In this document: in pieces, positions 43,852 to 45,120 of the stretch
Numbering within the stretch: position 1 is the first letter of the stretch
Layout of the letters: the number at the start of each line of letters is the position of its first letter
DNA from: a bacterium
GTDB taxonomy: Bacteria > Patescibacteriota > Patescibacteriia > SG8-24
NCBI GenBank assembly: GCA_021824285.1
Contig: JAKAKZ010000006.1
Span: 1-45,120, forward strand
DNA: 45,120 nt
Direction of reading: 5' to 3'
Notes under the pieces: generated by a model
The model's database searches: none
Told to the model about the DNA's origin: nothing
Seen by the model: the letters and a program-made list of their open reading frames with translations, nothing else
Translations under genes and position numbers: made by a program

Positions 43852-43868
43852 CAGACCTTACATGACCT

Positions 43869-45120
43869 ATGTTGCCCAATAATTTCACGACAAAATCACG
43901 GGAGGCGCTGGAGGCGGCGCAAAAAATCGCCCTGGAGGCCCAAAATCCGGAATTCCATCCCCTGCACCTCTTGGCCGCGCTGCTGGGTCAGGCGGACGGC
44001 GTGGTCGAATCCGTCCTGAAGAAAATGGGAGTGAATCTGGAGCAGGTCCGGCGGGAGACCGATGAGGCCATCGGACGTCTTGCGGCCACAGACCAGGACA
44101 GCGAGGTGCTGCAGCTCATGATGCATCCGGCGCTCGCCAAGGCACTGCGCCAGGCAGAAAAGGAGGCCGCGAAGTTCGGCGACCAGTACATCTCCACCGA
44201 ACATCTGCTTTTGGGCCTGCTGCAGGCGGACTCCCCCGCCGCCAAGCTGCTCGAGGCCCACAAAGTCACCCACGACCAGGTCCTGCATACGCTCGTGGAG
44301 ATCCGCGGCACGCAGCGCGTGGACTCGCCGGAGCCGGAGGCCAAATATCAAGCATTGACTAAATATTCACGCAATCTTACGGCGCTGGCCCGCCAGGAAA
44401 AACTCGATCCGGTGATCGGCCGCGACCAGGAGATCCGCCGCGTCATGCAGGTCCTGACGCGCCGGACCAAGAATAACCCGGTGCTGATCGGCGAGGCCGG
44501 AACCGGCAAGACGGCCATCGCCGAAGGACTGGCCCAGCGCATCGTCGCGGGCGACGTGCCGGAGTCACTCAAGGACAAGGAGCTGGTCTCGCTCGACATC
44601 GGCTCCATGGTCGCTGGCTCGAAGTTCCGGGGCGAGTTCGAGGAGCGCCTGAAGGCCGTCATTAAGGAGGTCGAGCAGTCCGCCGGCAAGATCATCCTTT
44701 TCATCGACGAACTGCATACGCTCGTCGGCGCCGGCAGCGCTGACGGCGGCTCGCTCGACGCCTCCAATATGCTCAAACCGGCGTTGGCCCGCGGTGAGCT
44801 GCGGGCCGTGGGCGCCACGACGCTCCGGGAATACCAGAAGCACATCGAAAAAGACCCGGCCCTGGAGCGCCGCTTTCAGCCGGTCATGGTCGCTGAACCT
44901 TCTTCGGAAGACGCCATCGCCATCCTGCGCGGCATCAAGGACCGCTACGAAGTGCATCATGGCGTACGCATCACTGACCCGGCCATTGTGGCGGCCGTGA
45001 AACTGACGGCTCGCTACATTCAGGACCGGTTCCTGCCTGATAAGGCCGTGGACGCCATCGACGAGGCCGCATCGGCCTTGCGCATGGAAATCGATTCTGA
45101 ACCCGAGGAACTGGACGCCA
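43869..45120 (+). CDS. clpB: Chaperone ClpB (3' truncated; absent from the ORF track because the stop is outside the window)
   Basis: [71 protein letters not shown]-domain start [13 protein letters not shown]. Confidence 0.93.
   Translation, partial: MLPNNFTTKSREALEAAQKIALEAQNPEFHPLHLLAALLGQADGVVESVLKKMGVNLEQVRRETDEAIGRLAATDQDSEVLQLMMHPALAKALRQAEKEAAKFGDQYISTEHLLLGLLQADSPAAKLLEAHKVTHDQVLHTLVEIRGTQRVDSPEPEAKYQALTKYSRNLTALARQEKLDPVIGRDQEIRRVMQVLTRRTKNNPVLIGEAGTGKTAIAEGLAQRIVAGDVPESLKDKELVSLDIGSMVAGSKFRGEFEERLKAVIKEVEQSAGKIILFIDELHTLVGAGSADGGSLDASNMLKPALARGELRAVGATTLREYQKHIEKDPALERRFQPVMVAEPSSEDAIAILRGIKDRYEVHHGVRITDPAIVAAVKLTARYIQDRFLPDKAVDAIDEAASALRMEIDSEPEELDA

Noticed and set aside
1-45120. 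Alternative genetic code (TGA=Gly, code 25) or selenocysteine recoding
   Set aside because: Many conserved genes end at TGA at the expected length, often in ATGA overlaps; no in-frame TGA inside conserved proteins

Overview
GC-rich bacterial chromosomal window of mostly housekeeping genes. It is most likely from a Patescibacteria/CPR organism (ABY1/Uhrbacteria-like). This is an inference from SD-less core genes, an LxGxGC-type lipobox, the rsmI-metG-cvpA-tatD-tatD and alr-ddl-ftsQ gene orders, and the TrmB/YvcK/HAD family types. TGA is used as a stop (code 11). Gene content in order: sufB(partial)-sufD-sufS-sufU-sufC-sufT, ahpC, sod, a lipoprotein, thiI, rsmI, metG, cvpA, two tatD, two large orphans plus a small ORF missed by the track, trmB-like/yvcK/HAD, an EndoQ-family nuclease, two tandem PD-(D/E)XK nuclease paralogs, an orphan receiver protein, a UvrD-nuclease fusion, dciA, mreBCD-mrdA, greA, lysS, rdgB-like, serS, alr, ddl, ftsQ, ftsH, an M23 peptidase, gltX, a TagA/WecG glycosyltransferase, and CIRCE-controlled clpB (partial). 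I saw no rRNA, tRNA, CRISPR array or transposase. Most interesting signals: (1) stand-alone non-core genes share a promoter + boxA-like motif at the predicted +1 + SD + terminator architecture that the core genes lack; (2) degenerate 7/8-bp periodic, usually inverted, arrays recur in at least 8 intergenic spacers; (3) a tandem pair of T7-endonuclease-I-like nucleases sits between EndoQ and the helicase-nuclease; (4) an orphan with a degenerate J-like domain lies behind a ~225-nt structured leader. All family calls are by motif recognition; no searches were run.
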